Shown here in pieces: positions 22,744 through 36,071 of a stretch of DNA of 47,140 nt. The stretch comes from Klebsormidium nitens. Its lineage: Eukaryota; Plantae; Klebsormidiophyceae. Made by a program: the position numbers and the translations under genes. The notes beneath the pieces were generated by a model. The model made no database searches. It saw nothing but the letters and a program-made list of their open reading frames with translations, and was not told the DNA's origin. How positions within the stretch are numbered: position 1 is the first letter of the stretch; the number at the start of each line of letters is the position of its first letter. The stretch is taken from positions 1 through 47,140 of the forward strand of contig DF237600.1 of NCBI GenBank assembly GCA_000708835.1. The letters are read 5' to 3'.

Positions 22744-25700
22744 ATGACTTCACCGGGGCCCACTCCCCGGACACGGCATCGGAAGAAAAAGTCAGCGTCA
22801 GCGGAGATCGATAGTTCGCAACTGGTAAGCCCATGGCTGGGCAGCATTAGCCGACACTTTCGTCCTGAAGGTAGCTGCCTCAGCATTCTTGTCGTTCCTT
22901 GAACAAGGTCAAGTTCTCGGACAGGGGATGCCATGTGGGCACAGGAAGTCGCAAGCACAACACGGGCTTCTACTATGCACGTGTTCCTCCTGCTTCACTC
23001 TGCTTACCCATCTCATAACATGTTCTTTGTTTACCCATCTCTATTGGACAGGGTGGTTCTGCCAGCAAAAAGGCCTCTACTTGGTTAGCAGTGTGTTTGA
23101 AAGTGGATGTCACATTCATTGAAGTTCTGTCCACTTGTCAAGCTTTTGGTGCCAGAAAATCCAATCTATAATCAAACTTCGTACTCTGTTTTCTGTACCC
23201 AATCACTGATGGACTGCCCGCTTTTCCCCTACTCCAAGGGCCCCCGCTCCTTTTCCCAGTACTTTTGTTTCATTCATGTTTCCCTGCTCTTTGGCACAGC
23301 GTTGCCCCTCTCTTGTGCCAGACCCCTCTTCCCTGTGCCCGTGCTGGATGCAGGGAGATGTCGGAGATGCCAAGGGGGCCATGGCGCCGCAGGAGGGTCA
23401 GGGCCACTCGCGGCGGAACAGCCACGGGCACGGGCATGGCCACGGGCTGCTGGTGGACCGGCAGGACAAGTACGCGAGTCTGCGCATCCGCGCGCTGAGC
23501 AGCGTGTGGATGATTGTCTCGTTCTGCGCGGTGATTTACCTGGGGCACATTTACATCTGGGCCATGATCGTGGGCATCCAGATCGTCATGGCCAAGGAGC
23601 TCTTCAAGCTGGCCGCCCTGGCGCAGCGCGAAAAGAACCTCCCCGGCTTCCGCCTCATCAACTGGTGAGCGCCCGCGTAGCACAGACTCTTCTGAAGGTA
23701 GGAAGCCCAGTATGTCAAAATTAGCCGGAAGTTGGAGGGCCAGCCCCGCTCAGTACTGACTACAAGCCCGTTGCATTCATTCGGAAGCAGCAGTTGCCTC
23801 ACTTAAGTCTTTGCATAACCTCCAGGTCCTATCCGGTGGGAGACAACCCGTGTCCGGATAAGGGAAATGAAAACTAAGTAGCCATGCCTTATTCCGCAAT
23901 GACGGACGTTGGAGCCCATTTCTTCTTCGAGATTTTAAGCATGATCTGAAGGCATCGCAACCTTGACAGGGAGCCCGTTCTTTGGTTGATTTCAATCCGG
24001 AAAACAAGTGTGTCTTCGCAGCCTTTTGCTGTTCACGAGGTCCCAGTTGACTTGCTTTACAAAAAGCTGTGGGTTGGTCCAAAGCTTTTGTACAAGCTTT
24101 TGTATGGGAACAGGTCTTGTGCACACAAGAATGCATGTTAGCCTGCCACTTGCTGGTAGGCGGGAAGTCAGGAGACACATCCGGCCCTGACGCGATCAGG
24201 CAGTTTGCGATGCAAGGAGGATTTGGGGGTCAGATTCCTCAAAACGGCCAAAAGTTTTCCTGTTCATGGAAGGGGCATACACACAGTAGCAGACGAACAA
24301 CAGGTCTCCGGGCTATGCTGTATGCCCCAACCGGTCCGGACGTTTGCTTGGATTCGTGTGCCTGCGGTGTGCCTGGTCAGAAGCGGTGCTTGCGTTGCTG
24401 CTCGTGCAGGGCGATCTTCTTGACGGGCATGCTGTACGTGTACGGGCGCTTCATGAACCGGCAGCTGACGGTGACCATCTCGAGCGACCGCCAGCTGGCG
24501 CGCATCTTCATCGTCTTCCTGCGCTACCACACGCTCATCTGCTACTCGCTCTACATCGGAAGTGCGCGCACCAAACTCTGCCTTCCCAGTTGTACACTCG
24601 AACAATTGCAATCTGGGCTTGCTTCAAAGGCTGTCACTGGCTGCCCTCATCAACGTGCGAGCTGCGTTGTGCTCTTGCATCCAGTGGGCTAGGTCCTATC
24701 TCGCCGCCAACCGAAGTAGTCCCTTTTTTGTGGTAACCTCCCCAAGGCCCAGCCCGCTGCCCCATGCGGGGCTAATGGCCCCCATGACTGGCGCACGTGC
24801 AGGCACGATCACTTTCATTCTGAGCCTGAAGAAGGGGCTGTACCAGTACCAGTTCGGGCAGTACGCGTGGACGCACATGATCCTGTTCGTGGTGTTCACC
24901 CAGAGCGCGTTCACGGTGGCCAACGTGTACGAGGGCATCCTGTGGTTCCTGCTCCCCGTCGCGCTCATCATCATCAACGACATCTCCGCGTACCTCGTCG
25001 GCTTCTTCTTCGGCCGCACGCCGCTCATCAAGCTCTCGCCCAAAAAGACCTGGGAGGGCTTCATCGGGGCCTCCTTCATCACCATGGCGGCAGCCTTCCT
25101 CGTAAGCCGCCCAACCCCCGCCTCTAGTTGCGCCGACCAGCGCAGCACGCCGCAGCCCCTGCCGGGGCCTCCGTAAATTTGGGGCCCACAGCAACGGTTC
25201 TCAATCACATCTTTACTATTGGAGCGCGTGTGGATGGGCAGCTTCACAGCGTAGGGTCTGTCTCCTGGCAACCTGCACCTGTGATCCGCTTGTCCTCAGT
25301 ACTGTGCCTTTGAGTATAATGTGCCTGCCCTCAGCTCTGACCAATATCGACTCGTTTGCCGTTTTGACTCAGGTGCGAACACGTCCTTCTGCTTGCCACT
25401 TCCACAGTGTCGATTCCATAAGCTAAGCTTGGCTTGTCGCCCCGCCTTGCCCCAGCCTGTGACTGCCCGTTCGTTTCGGCCTCTAACTCCGCTCTCTTGC
25501 ATGCTGCCAGCTGGCGGGCATCCTGGGCCGCTACCAGTGGATGACGTGTCCACGCACCGACCTGTCCACGGGCTGGCTCACCTGCGACCCGGGCGAGCTG
25601 TTTGTCCTGCGCCACCTCAAGCTCCCGCGCTTCCTCGAGGCGCTGCTTCCAGACTGGGTGCGCACTTCAATACGCTCCGCTCCTGTTTTGCCCCATCCAC

Positions 25701-26668
25701 ATCAGACACCTGGCAGAGATTGAGTTTGACGCATATGGACTTTCTTCGCCGAGCGGCCCCTCCCTTTTATTCTTTCTGGATAAGGGATACAGCCCAGCTC
25801 GGATCGAAAATTGACCCAAAAGCGCAGATCTGAATGACTAGGCAGGGTCAAAATCAGCGAAGTTGCGTCCATTTACTTCGACTAGCGATGCCCCCAAGCC
25901 GCCTTTCTCTTCTTTCGTTTCTTCGACTGCGCTCATTGTCTGATCAAGACCCGCTTGACCTCGTATGCCCCGAGCGCTGACTGGGCGTGTGTGCGGGTGC
26001 AGTTCCGGTGGCAGTCGTGGACGTATTTGCCCATCCAGATCCACGCGCTCGCGTATGGGCTCATGGCCAGCAGCATCGCCCCCTTCGGCGGCTTCTTCGC
26101 GAGCGGGTTCAAGCGCGCGTTCAAGATCAAGGACTTTGGCGACAGCATCCCGGGCCACGGCGGCATGACGGACCGCATGGACTGCCAAATGGTCATGGCC
26201 GTCGCGGCCTACATCTACTACCAGTCCTTCATCGCGCACCGCAGGCTCTCCGTCGACAGCCTGCTCCCGCGGGTGAGCCGCGACCCAAATGCCCACCGCT
26301 TCTCTACGTTCGACATATGCGTCCAGTCGGTGATAGGCCGAAAGCACCACCTTGCGGGTCCCAGGCTTCTTTGCTTTCGGGACTCCTTTGGTCTACGACA
26401 TGAGGGCTTACTAAGATTGCTCTTTGATCCAATCTCTTGAATTTAAATGGTGGGCAAATGCTTGCTCCAGAATCACTTGGGGTTCTCTTTCCATGGTCGT
26501 TGCTGGTCTTGCAACTGTCACTTTAAGGCACCTTAAGCCCATTGATCGACGTGAGCTGATATCTCTTTGCTGGTTGCTGCGCAGATCCTGAAGCTCTCCA
26601 CGCAACAACAAGTAGAGCTGTATTACAAACTCGGGAATATACTACACGGAGAAGGGATAACATTCTAG
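22744..26668 (+). CDS. CDS: Phosphatidate cytidylyltransferase (CDP-diacylglycerol synthase, eukaryotic CDS1/2/3 type), about 447 aa
   Basis: Exons 22744-22824, 23354-23664, 24410-24561, 24803-25101, 25511-25657, 26003-26272, 26585-26668; frame-consistent. Motifs [12 protein letters not shown] and [29 protein letters not shown] (CTP_transf_1 signature). N-terminal RHRKKK resembles plant CDS1. Confidence 0.95.
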
Positions 26669-27350
26669 ACGTGGGACGTTTTCGTTCTTGCCTGCATAGC
26701 ATACAAGTCGAGGCACTTCTTCGGCTGGACTTCCTCAAATAATGGGTCATTGCAACGTATGGCCAGAGAGCGAAGAATCGTCGAGTCATAAGGCTCCCAA
26801 CCCAATGTGCTGCTAGAATGCACGTATCTGGGCCCTAATGTTCATGTATGTGCATGTTGAAAGGCTTGAGCTTAATATGCTGTTATAATGCACATGATGC
26901 GCACCGATTGACTGTTTCAATCGTTTTCAAAAGGCTCTTGCCAAACCTCATGTGCGTTTACAAAACCTTATATTAATAAAATGCACGACTACCTAACATA
27001 TGTTCAAAATTACTACTGTAGTAAACGTGGCCAGAATTACGTCCTAGAAATATCCGACGACCAGGCATGCAATGCCCTACATCACCCTACGGTATATGCA
27101 CTGCAATTCGAACTTGGAGCTCGGGCGTGCGCGCGCTCATATGACGGTTGCCGAATGATGATCGCACCGATTCAAAAGCCAGGCCCAGCTAGCATGGCGT
27201 GACTCCGCTGGCAGTGGTACTATGGTATGCTCTAACTCTGTGGGACTAGAGTTGGAATACTAGAAGGAGCAGAAGCAGGCGCATTTCAGCAGTTGAGCGC
27301 TACACGGGCCTGCAATCCAATTCAATTCTGCGTTGACGGACGCTTGGCCC

Positions 27351-30300
27351 ATGATGGAGTCCTTCATTTTGCGTCGCAGCACTCTTAGCTCGGGCTGCCA
27401 TTGCCTGGCTGGTGCAGGACAGGCATCAAGGCAGGGGACGGCTTCGCTGCGGTCGGCCAGCAGCGGTGGCCTTGTCGGCTGGGTGGAGAGCATCTGTGGG
27501 GACAGGCAGCGGCTGCAGAGGGGCCAGGAATGTGGCCCCAAAGGAAGGCGTAGGCAAGTGCGTGCAGAATTGCGGAAAGAGCAGAGTAAGCAGTACGAGC
27601 TCTTCAAGGAATACGAGAGCATCCCCGGGCGGGGTGGCCTGCTGGGAGAGAGGCAGAAGGAGAATCCAGCGCTGCCAAAAGACCCCAACAGTGCAGAAGG
27701 CTGGGCGCAAGTGCCTGCGGTGAGACAGGGGTCGTAAGCTGACTCAGAGGATGGAAGAATGCACTCTGTTGACGGTGCATTGTGAAATTTGCCAAGATGC
27801 TAAGAGTTGCATCTTGTTGAGACGTTTAAGCTGAACCCTGCAAATCACTGAGGTTGTTTACCAATGCAGCAGAAAGAGGAAGATGGTATTTGAAATTGTC
27901 ATGGTCTGCTCCCAAATTCTGTGCAATGGGAATATCTTGCAAGCCCTAGTGTTTAGCTGCTCTCAGGCTCGTTGCTTGCATCCTGGCTTGGCAGCCACGC
28001 ACATTCCTTCGCTTGACATCGAGCAAGTTTTCCAACCCCTCCACATCTCCAAATTCTTCAAAATGTCTTTAAGTGTGCGCCACTTTGCATTGGTGCAGGG
28101 GTATCTGCCTGAGTTTGCGGACTACGGCATCTTTGTGCGCGGCGACGTGCGCGTGTGCATCTGCCTGGTGGCGGGCGGCGTGGTGGAGAACCTGCTGTTC
28201 TTCCCGGTGCTGGAGCAGCTGCGCGCGCGCTACCCGGGCGTGCTGGTGGACATCTTTGCCAACGAGCGCGCCAAGCAGGCGTACGAGCTCAACTGGATCG
28301 TGCGCCGCACCAATGTGGTGCCTTTTGATGACCGGATGCTCGTGGGGGGCGACTACGCCGACTTTGTGGGCAAGATGAAGGTCAGGGCACCCCTGTGCTG
28401 TGCAAAGGCAGTGCAAGAGTTGGATGATACACAGAGCAAGCCTGCAATCATGTGGCGCTCTTGTCTTGTCATGAAAGTATGTAGCCATTGATTGGCTCTT
28501 ATTTGGAAGCAGATGAACTTCCGCGGTCTTGCTTGATATGCAACCTGTTGCTCAGCGGAGCACTCATCACTGCCGTGCATATGCTTCAAAATCAGAGAGC
28601 AGGGCCATGGCTGAGACAGTTTCTGTGCACTGTGTGCAGAGCATCTACGCCGAAATGATCGTATCGACACGGCCGGCGGGGCTGGGCCACGCGGTGACGC
28701 TAGGCTTCTCAGATGCGCGCCTGCAGATGGGCTACGTCCTGCCCAACGTGAATGGGGCCGGTGCTGCCAGGCTGTTGACCAACCCCCTCACCGCACCAGT
28801 GGTGGACATCACCACCCGGGGGGTCAACATGTAAGGGATGGCGGCATCGTGATGCCCCCGCAAGGCTGATCTTTGAACTCGATGGCTATCAAAGCATGCT
28901 GGTGAAAAATGTTTTAAGTTCTTTGAAGAGATCGAGACCAGTGAAAGAATCAGCAAGAATGCTGACAGAGTCAGACAATAGCTTCCTTGTTCAGAAGGGC
29001 GCAAGTGATTTTGCAGTGCTTGCTCACGAGCAATAAAGTAGTAAGACACTCTGTCACCCCTTCGCTCCGCTGTGCCCCGCTGCAGGTACTCGGAGATGCT
29101 GGAGGCACTGGAGGGAGTCCCTGAGGAGATCCCCCCGCTGCGCATTGCCATCTCAGACACGCTGCGCGAGGTTGCGACGTACAAGCAGGGCAAGGCGGGC
29201 GTGGCCAAAGGCGAATACCTGCTGGTGCACGGCCTGCAGTCAGAGAGCACAGCCACCATGGCGCCGCGGGGAGACACCGACTGCCTGCTCGACCTGCCAG
29301 CCTGGGCCGCCATCCTGCAGAATGTCAGGTGAGGCGGCTGCGGGGAAGCAGGAGGTGCAGCAGAAAGGGTTTGGCTTTCGTGGCTGCGTGCTGGCTTACA
29401 AAGGTCAATGTGCTGCTAAGGGAAAGGATTGTGTAGGCCTCCCTCGCGCTCCTTCTGATGATCACATTGGGGGATGGACGAGCGAGGGGGCAGTCTTGTG
29501 ATTAGGAATTGGCAAGGAAAGGTCCCAATCAGTTGTGCTAGAGTCCATCTCGACTTGTACTGCTAGCTCTCAGCAGTGCTTGTTTTGAAGCCTTTGCTGT
29601 TTAGCCCAGCTCCCAATATGCTCATGTGCGGTTTGGTTGCAGCTCCCCCGTGTTGTTCTTGGTCCCCCGGGAGAAGGACGTGGCCCGCGCCAAGGAGGCC
29701 CTCCCCTCCAACGTGCGCGTCCTCTTTGTCTCAACTCCGGGACAGGTGAGCACCCTCCTCGCCCCCAGTAAACCACGATGCCAATAGGGACTCCCGTCAT
29801 ATCGTCAATGCTGCAGGTCCAAGGGGCCTTTGCTGCCAATGCAGATGCTGACTTGGGCGCCCTGCCAGACCGGGACTTCTGAGCAAGCTGGACACTGTAG
29901 CACACTCAAATCGCAAGCCCTGCTTTGCTCTTGATCCGATGGCTCCACATTCATTGTTGTCGAGGAAGCTGGAAATAGGTTGGTGGTGAGAACAGGGCAG
30001 GAAAGGAAAGACTTGGACTGCGTTTTGCCCACGATATGACGTCCAGCCCGAACACGTCATTTATGCTGGCCGTATTGCTGCCACGTTGGACCACCTGTGT
30101 ACGCATGCGCAGCTTACATCTAGCAACGGTTTCGGCTGCACTCTAAGTCTGACGTCACGGCCTTGGGGGGTTTGCAGCTGGCGGTGCTGATCGACGAGAG
30201 CGCGGGCGTGCTGACCACCAACACGGCGGCGCTGCAGCTGGCCGTCGCCGTCCAGAAGCCCAGGTGAGGCGCGGGGCACGCAGGCCAGGGACTCAGACTG

Positions 30301-30641
30301 CAGGGATTGGAAGCGTCTCAGCAGCTCTAGCAGAGGTGGCAAAGGGCTGCAAGGAGAGACAAACACTGTTCGCTGTTGGTTGGAGGCGTGGTTTGAAATG
30401 TTGCACTGTTTATCAAGCTTCTTGTTCTTGAGAGAAAGTCTTGCTGAGTTCCACGCTTGGTGCCCGCAGTGTTGCGTTGTTTGCCACGAGCGACAAGGCA
30501 GAGGCGTTTGCTCCGGACCCGGAGTCTCGGAAGGTCCACGTGGTGGTGTCCACAACGGGCCGGCTGGCTGACGTGGACGCAAAGCAAGCAGCGGAGGCGG
30601 TGAAAAGCCTGGCCAGTCAGCCAGAGCTAGCACTCGCCTGA
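27351..30641 (+). CDS. PnsB1: Photosynthetic NDH subunit of subcomplex B 1 (NDF1/NDH48), about 481 aa
   Basis: Exons 27351-27719, 28099-28380, 28640-28830, 29086-29328, 29643-29745, 30178-30263, 30470-30641. Resembles recalled Arabidopsis NDF1 segments: RGDVRVC...GGVVENLLFFP...RYPGV..D, AGLGHA, PNVNGAGA, STPGQLA..I..SAGV.TTNTAA.QLA. Transit-like N-terminus. Confidence 0.88.
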
Positions 30642-32185
30642 GCACAGCTTTTGGATGTTATACCAGATCTCTAGATCATTATCAGGTAACCAGCAATAGT
30701 GTACGGTCTATACTAGGATTGCAGAATGGTCGACCCCCTGGACTCTTGATGGCTGGTTGAAGCTGGTGTGGAAGTCGAGCACCTGGATTGATTGGAAGGT
30801 TCGTACTGTTATTGCTTGTTCATGGTTCTCGTCCAGACTCACGGCTAAGGTTGGTCAACTCTCCATACTGCTTTGAAGGAAGTTTTATCGGGCCCCGGAC
30901 CTGGCAGTGCTTGGCATTCATTGAATTGAAGAACTATGATCTCTTGTCGAAATTGCTGAAGCCAGATTGTATAGGCCATACTTAAGGCTTCTTGCATTGG
31001 TATGACAATTCCAACATGGACTGTGTGCATGTCTTTCGGTCTATCATAGACTCGGACTTAACAACCAGCATGACAGTGACATGCCGCCCATGCAGAGCCT
31101 AGGGCCCGGCTGGGTTCCGATCATCATCCGTTCGGTGCTGAGCTTTAACAAGAATTGGTTGTCCGACTCAGTTCGTCATTGTCAGCAGCTATACTCGATA
31201 TGCGTTCAACGCGCAGCGTCTCAAGGTCGATCTATACATGTGCGTACGATCGATTGGAATCTGAGATCTTAGAATGCATGGTCTTGCGTTAAGGGCGCCG
31301 GCCAGCCCATGTTTTTGTACGCACGACGTACATGCATTTCAATGAAGGTCACTAGTCTCATGCATGTATAGTCTATGCTATAAACGAATGCATCAGTGAC
31401 TCAAGCTAGACGTACAGAACAATTTGATGCCGCAGCCGCGCTGGCTTTAGGACGCGCAATATTAAGACGTTGAGTCCAATTGCTGCCATTCGTTATGCAT
31501 GGCATGGCCGCTTAAATAGCTTTCTTCAGACGGTACGTACTTTGAACCGTACAGGGCCCGGCCTGGGTCGCGCCATGTGAGCGGCCGGTGCCACTGACTG
31601 CGATGCAAGCGACCTCATTGCTTGAAAGTATGCATATGCCACGTCCTGGCTGCTCGTTAAAATGAGGAAGACGTTGTGCAGTGCACGTACCTCAGGCTGT
31701 TGCATCAGCAGAGCCTCATATGATTACGGTGGTGTATACACCGGCTGAGAAACATCCAAGATGGCCACAGGTCTTATCATTGCCGCATACTGCTTGCAAT
31801 TGATTGCTGTTGTCAGACACAATCCTGCTAGGTACCAAGTACCAAAAGCAAACTCTAATCTACTCTGAAAGAGATTTCCGAGCCTACCTGACTAGACCTG
31901 CACTTCGTAAACAACAGAGCTCCAATTGAAAGGGTAAGAGAGCGCCTATTTGCTTATCCGACCTCGCTTGATACTATACACACCGTATCAGAAGCACTGG
32001 ATAGACGCAACAATTCCTGAACCACAGATCCACACCCCCAGGCTGTCCTGTAGACCTACCGCTAATAGTAATCAGTTCTTGCGTTGCCTGATGAGCTTGG
32101 CAGTCGGGACTTCCTACCGAATGCCGACTCTACTTGTTGTGTGCATGTGGATCTGCGTCGACCTATGTAACCACGACATGGCTTG

Positions 32186-33886
32186 CTAAGAATGCTCCGA
32201 GGATGACGACGGCTGTTGCTTCCCGGACTGCTCACCCGTTTGCAGCTGCAGTTCCTTCAACCGCACTGCCGTGTTGGCTTGCAAGTGCCGCAACTCCGAG
32301 ATGGTCTCCAGGCTGTCCTCGCGATCCTGCAAGCGAGCAGCACGGTCAGAAGCCGCCTCAGTCAGGCCCCACTGTTTTCTCAATCGACGTAAGAGAACAG
32401 GTCAACCGACGAGCTAACAGGTCACCCTTGAGGAAGTCATCACGACGAGTGAGACAAAACCTATTCTTGGGCCAGATGCTACCTAACAAAGATCCCTCCG
32501 CAGAGACAGAGACGAAGGATTGTACTTCGACAGCTGCTCTATTGAACCCTCACCTGTTCAACCCGTTTCCGAGACCGCTGTATCATCTCCCTCGACTCTG
32601 CGGTCAAACCGCCATCCGCCCCTGGGCTTTCTAGGTCTTCTTCCCCCAGATGGTGAGCACCTCCACTGTGAACGCTCGGCCCGTCGTCGTCCAGCTCAGA
32701 CTCCTCGTCCAAGTTCTGGCCGTTGAGGGTCCGTAGGTCGGGCAGGGCCTCGCACACTTGCTTGGTCAGAGTGAGGTCGGAGCAGCACGGGTTGTTGCGC
32801 AGGTCAAGAAAGGACAGCCCCGTCGGGAGGTCCGCTCCTGGGGGGGGATGTCAACGAGCAGTCAGGGGACCACCACCATGGCAGGGGGGACGCCAAAGGA
32901 CGTGGTCTCTCCATGTATGCGAGGCCCCCCGCTGCGGCCAACACACTTCAGAAACTTCCAGAGCACACTGGAAGCCCAACAGTCGGGGCCTTGATGCAAA
33001 CCATGGCTTTTCTCGAGCAGACGAAGGAGCATAGTACAGCTGCACTCTGTACAAACAGCCTCTTGTCTCATGCATCACAGCTCACAGCCGAACTGGCAGA
33101 GTCCCTCTTCTCCCACACAGAAGCATCATAGGTACGGGTGAGTGAAATTAAGTTGCTCACCAGGATTTAAAGAAGCAATCAGATTGTCTGATACGTCCAG
33201 GAATAGAAGCTTTGTCAGCTTCTCCAGCCCTCTCGTTGAGGTCAGCTTGTTCCCCGCCACCGTCAGGAACCGCAGGTTGGTCGCTGATGCCAGTGGGAGA
33301 AGCGACTCGATGCGGTTCTGTGACACAAAACAACTCGCAAAAGCATCAGAATCCCATTCACCTCGTTCGGAAGAAGACCTGCAAAAGGTGGATGTACATG
33401 GCAACTCTCTGCAATGGAACAACCAGGCAAATAGAGCGTATCGCACAGATTCCTGGTAACGTGACTCGTCGAGACGCTGTTCGCATCACCAGGCAAACGA
33501 GGCCCATTGAATGATAATCTGGACCGCTGCTGCAAAGCATGACGGGAGTAGTGCAGGAAACAGACATAGCAGAGCGACAGGTTTTGGACCAGCTGACCTG
33601 TTGTAGGTACAGGTTTGTGATGTTTGGCAGGAGAGGCAGTATCTCGCCGCTGATGGACACAATATTCTCTCGATCAAGCCGCACGTGCTGCAGCTGCTTC
33701 ACCCCATCTTCGCTGCAAAGCACAGGAGCACGTCATGTGCTAGGATACCATGGCTCCCCGAGCTCCACCAGACCAAGGCTAGTGAGCTGACAGATTATGC
33801 TTCAATGAAGACTTCTTCTCGAGTGGACTCCAAAAGTCGACTTTGCTGAGAATCGCAGCTGGTAGGCGCACCACTGAATAGCTCAT
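32186..33886 (-). CDS. Leucine-rich repeat protein, LRRC46-like (SDS22-like LRRs, LRR cap, acidic/coiled-coil tail)
   Basis: Exons 33712-33598, 33317-33161, 32837-32554, 32371-32186, plus a tentative first exon 33886-33813 (weak donor). Sequence LQHVRLDRENI...NITNLYLQQNRIE...LRFLTVAGNKL...LLFLDVSDNLI...LSFLDLRNNPC...EALPDLRTLNGQ parallels recalled LRRC46 (VRLDREGI, LYLQGNKI, LRFLSLAGNQI, FLDLSENLI, EALPLL..LDGQ). Confidence 0.75.
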
Positions 33887-34876
33887 GTTTTGAGAGGACA
33901 AAGTTCCACAACAGTAAGTGCAATAGAGCAGCAATTCTGAAGGAAGGAACACTTGACCCAATGTCCAACCCCGGGTGCGAGAATCTCACATGTCGGGGCC
34001 CGTCCCGTTCTCCAGGATATCACTGCTGAGGTTCCGATCCGCGATTGTCGATAAGAGGATACCCACGGCTGACTGAGAGCTTTCAGCTGCAGATGGAGAT
34101 TCCATTGCTGAAATTTAAACTTGGAAGCTTCAGATCTCAAGTTGTTCAGCTCTGCTTGCGCAAATGTATAAAACCATCTCTGGCATCCAAAGCTCAGTTA
34201 CCCTTTCTGATTCACTTCTGCGATGGGCAGCTGGGGTCCTTCGCCTTATAGAAGAGAGTCGGAACGGGCTTCACGAACTAACCAAAGTATCGCATTCAAG
34301 CGATCATGCAGCTTGCAATCAGATGCAACATGGGGAGCGCTTCCAAGTTTCACTATTAAAGCTACAGTAGAACAAGGGACTCGTGTGCATTGCCACCATC
34401 GTGTGGCACATTGCCAACGCCAACTTTCAAGTTTCAGATGGTCGAATCAACACCGACAGTCAACTGCGTGCGCATTTTAGGGTTTGATCATTGGACGGCT
34501 TCATCCACGGGTCCTCACCTAACGATCAAGCGTTCGATTCCTAGCAACAGCAACAACGTCAATTCATTGAACTATCGCGTCTATCAACTTTTTGATGACC
34601 GTGCATGTTCAATGTATAGATGAAGTTCTACTGCCAAGAATTGAAGAATCTACACCAATCGCGTCAACGGGAGGGGAGGAAGAGGGCCTCCTACCCATGT
34701 ACTACAGGGGGTGCTTCAGAAGAAGTCACCACCGGGCTGACTAACAGACTAAGTCGAAAGTAGAAAAGTAAAACAATCCCCCTCCACTCGTGATCAACGG
34801 GATTAGGTAGGGACTCAGTTGACTACGGGCTAAGCTAGTCTCGGCTAAGTCAGGGCTTCAGGGGCCGGCTGCTTGC

Positions 34877-34923
34877 TGGGGTGCCATTGTTTCGCTTTCG
34901 ACTTGGGGTGCCATTGTTTCGCT
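34877..34923. repeat. Short direct repeat, 2x20 bp (tggggtgccattgtttcgct), period 27
   Basis: Identical copies at 34877-34896 and 34904-34923. Confidence 0.85.
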
Positions 34924-36071
34924 CGCCACAAGTGCGTTGAAGGGCTGTAAGACAAATACGTAGACGTGACACAACATGCATTCGAGTGTGTGCGCAGCCA
35001 TACCGAAAGAAACTATCATTATCCGCTATGGTGTACTACGCGGTAACCCTGCCATACTTAACCTAAAGTAATTTTCGACTTGGCCGGATAACCGGCCTCC
35101 TCTGGCATGCTGAATTGGAGGATCAGCACGTAAACACTCATACATGTGTCATGTATGCCATATGAAGCCTATGGCATATTTGGCTATGGCGAGAACGAAA
35201 AAAGATCGGACCGTGTCAGCTAGCTAGCAATCATTCCTGACGGCCAAGCTAGTTCCTCAAAAGTTCCTTCGGCTTAGAATAGCTCATGCAATTTCATTAA
35301 GCGCTTTGAACGTTTAAGTTCACATCACACATCATTCCTCGATCCTTCACTGAGTTGGAATGCATATGAGAACGTTGCTGCATGATCGAGTCAGGGCCTG
35401 TGATCATGACAAAGCTTTATTGTTCGTCAGAATCGCTGCATGCCCGCTGCCACCATGTGGCGATCACGCCATGCCCGGTGAACATGATGATTACTCGAAG
35501 ATACACAGACGATAAAGGGAACCCCATCACCGACGGACAACGGGATCATATGAATCATCGATCTCAATGTACTGCATATGAATCCACCAGGCCCGGTTGC
35601 CAGTAAGAGAAAGGCTTGTCGCTAGGTTGACAATACTGCTTATCGAAGCTATCAAATATGTATGTTTGATCATACAGAAGTTCCAGTAGCCGCCTCTAGT
35701 GTGTTTACAAACCCGCAACGGACCATAGCTCTATGTCTCTATTTGCTCAATGTACACACTACAGTGGCTACTTCTTGACAGCACCCTAGTGCGGCTCATG
35801 ACACATGTGAACCGACACCGAGTGACCTATCGACCAAAGCACTTGATACAAGAATTATACCCCTTTAATGAGCCATATCTTCGTCCTGGACAAACGTAAG
35901 AATATGACCGACAACACCGTTCGTGATCTCTAAAACTATAGCTTCCGAAGCCACCGATGATCTCTTTCATGTCGGAGCCGCGACCCATCACCGAGCGGGA
36001 CACACCGCCAGCCTCGCCAAAGCGTCAGAGGCACAGACTTGCACTCAACAGAGGCTCAAAACCCCGCCCTA

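Noticed and set aside
34475-34485. Interstitial telomere unit ttttagggttt
   Set aside because: A single 8-mer is expected by chance in 47 kb.
35057-35075. U1 snRNA 5' end-like atacttaacct
   Set aside because: Mismatches ATACTTACCTG, and no U1 stem-loops follow.
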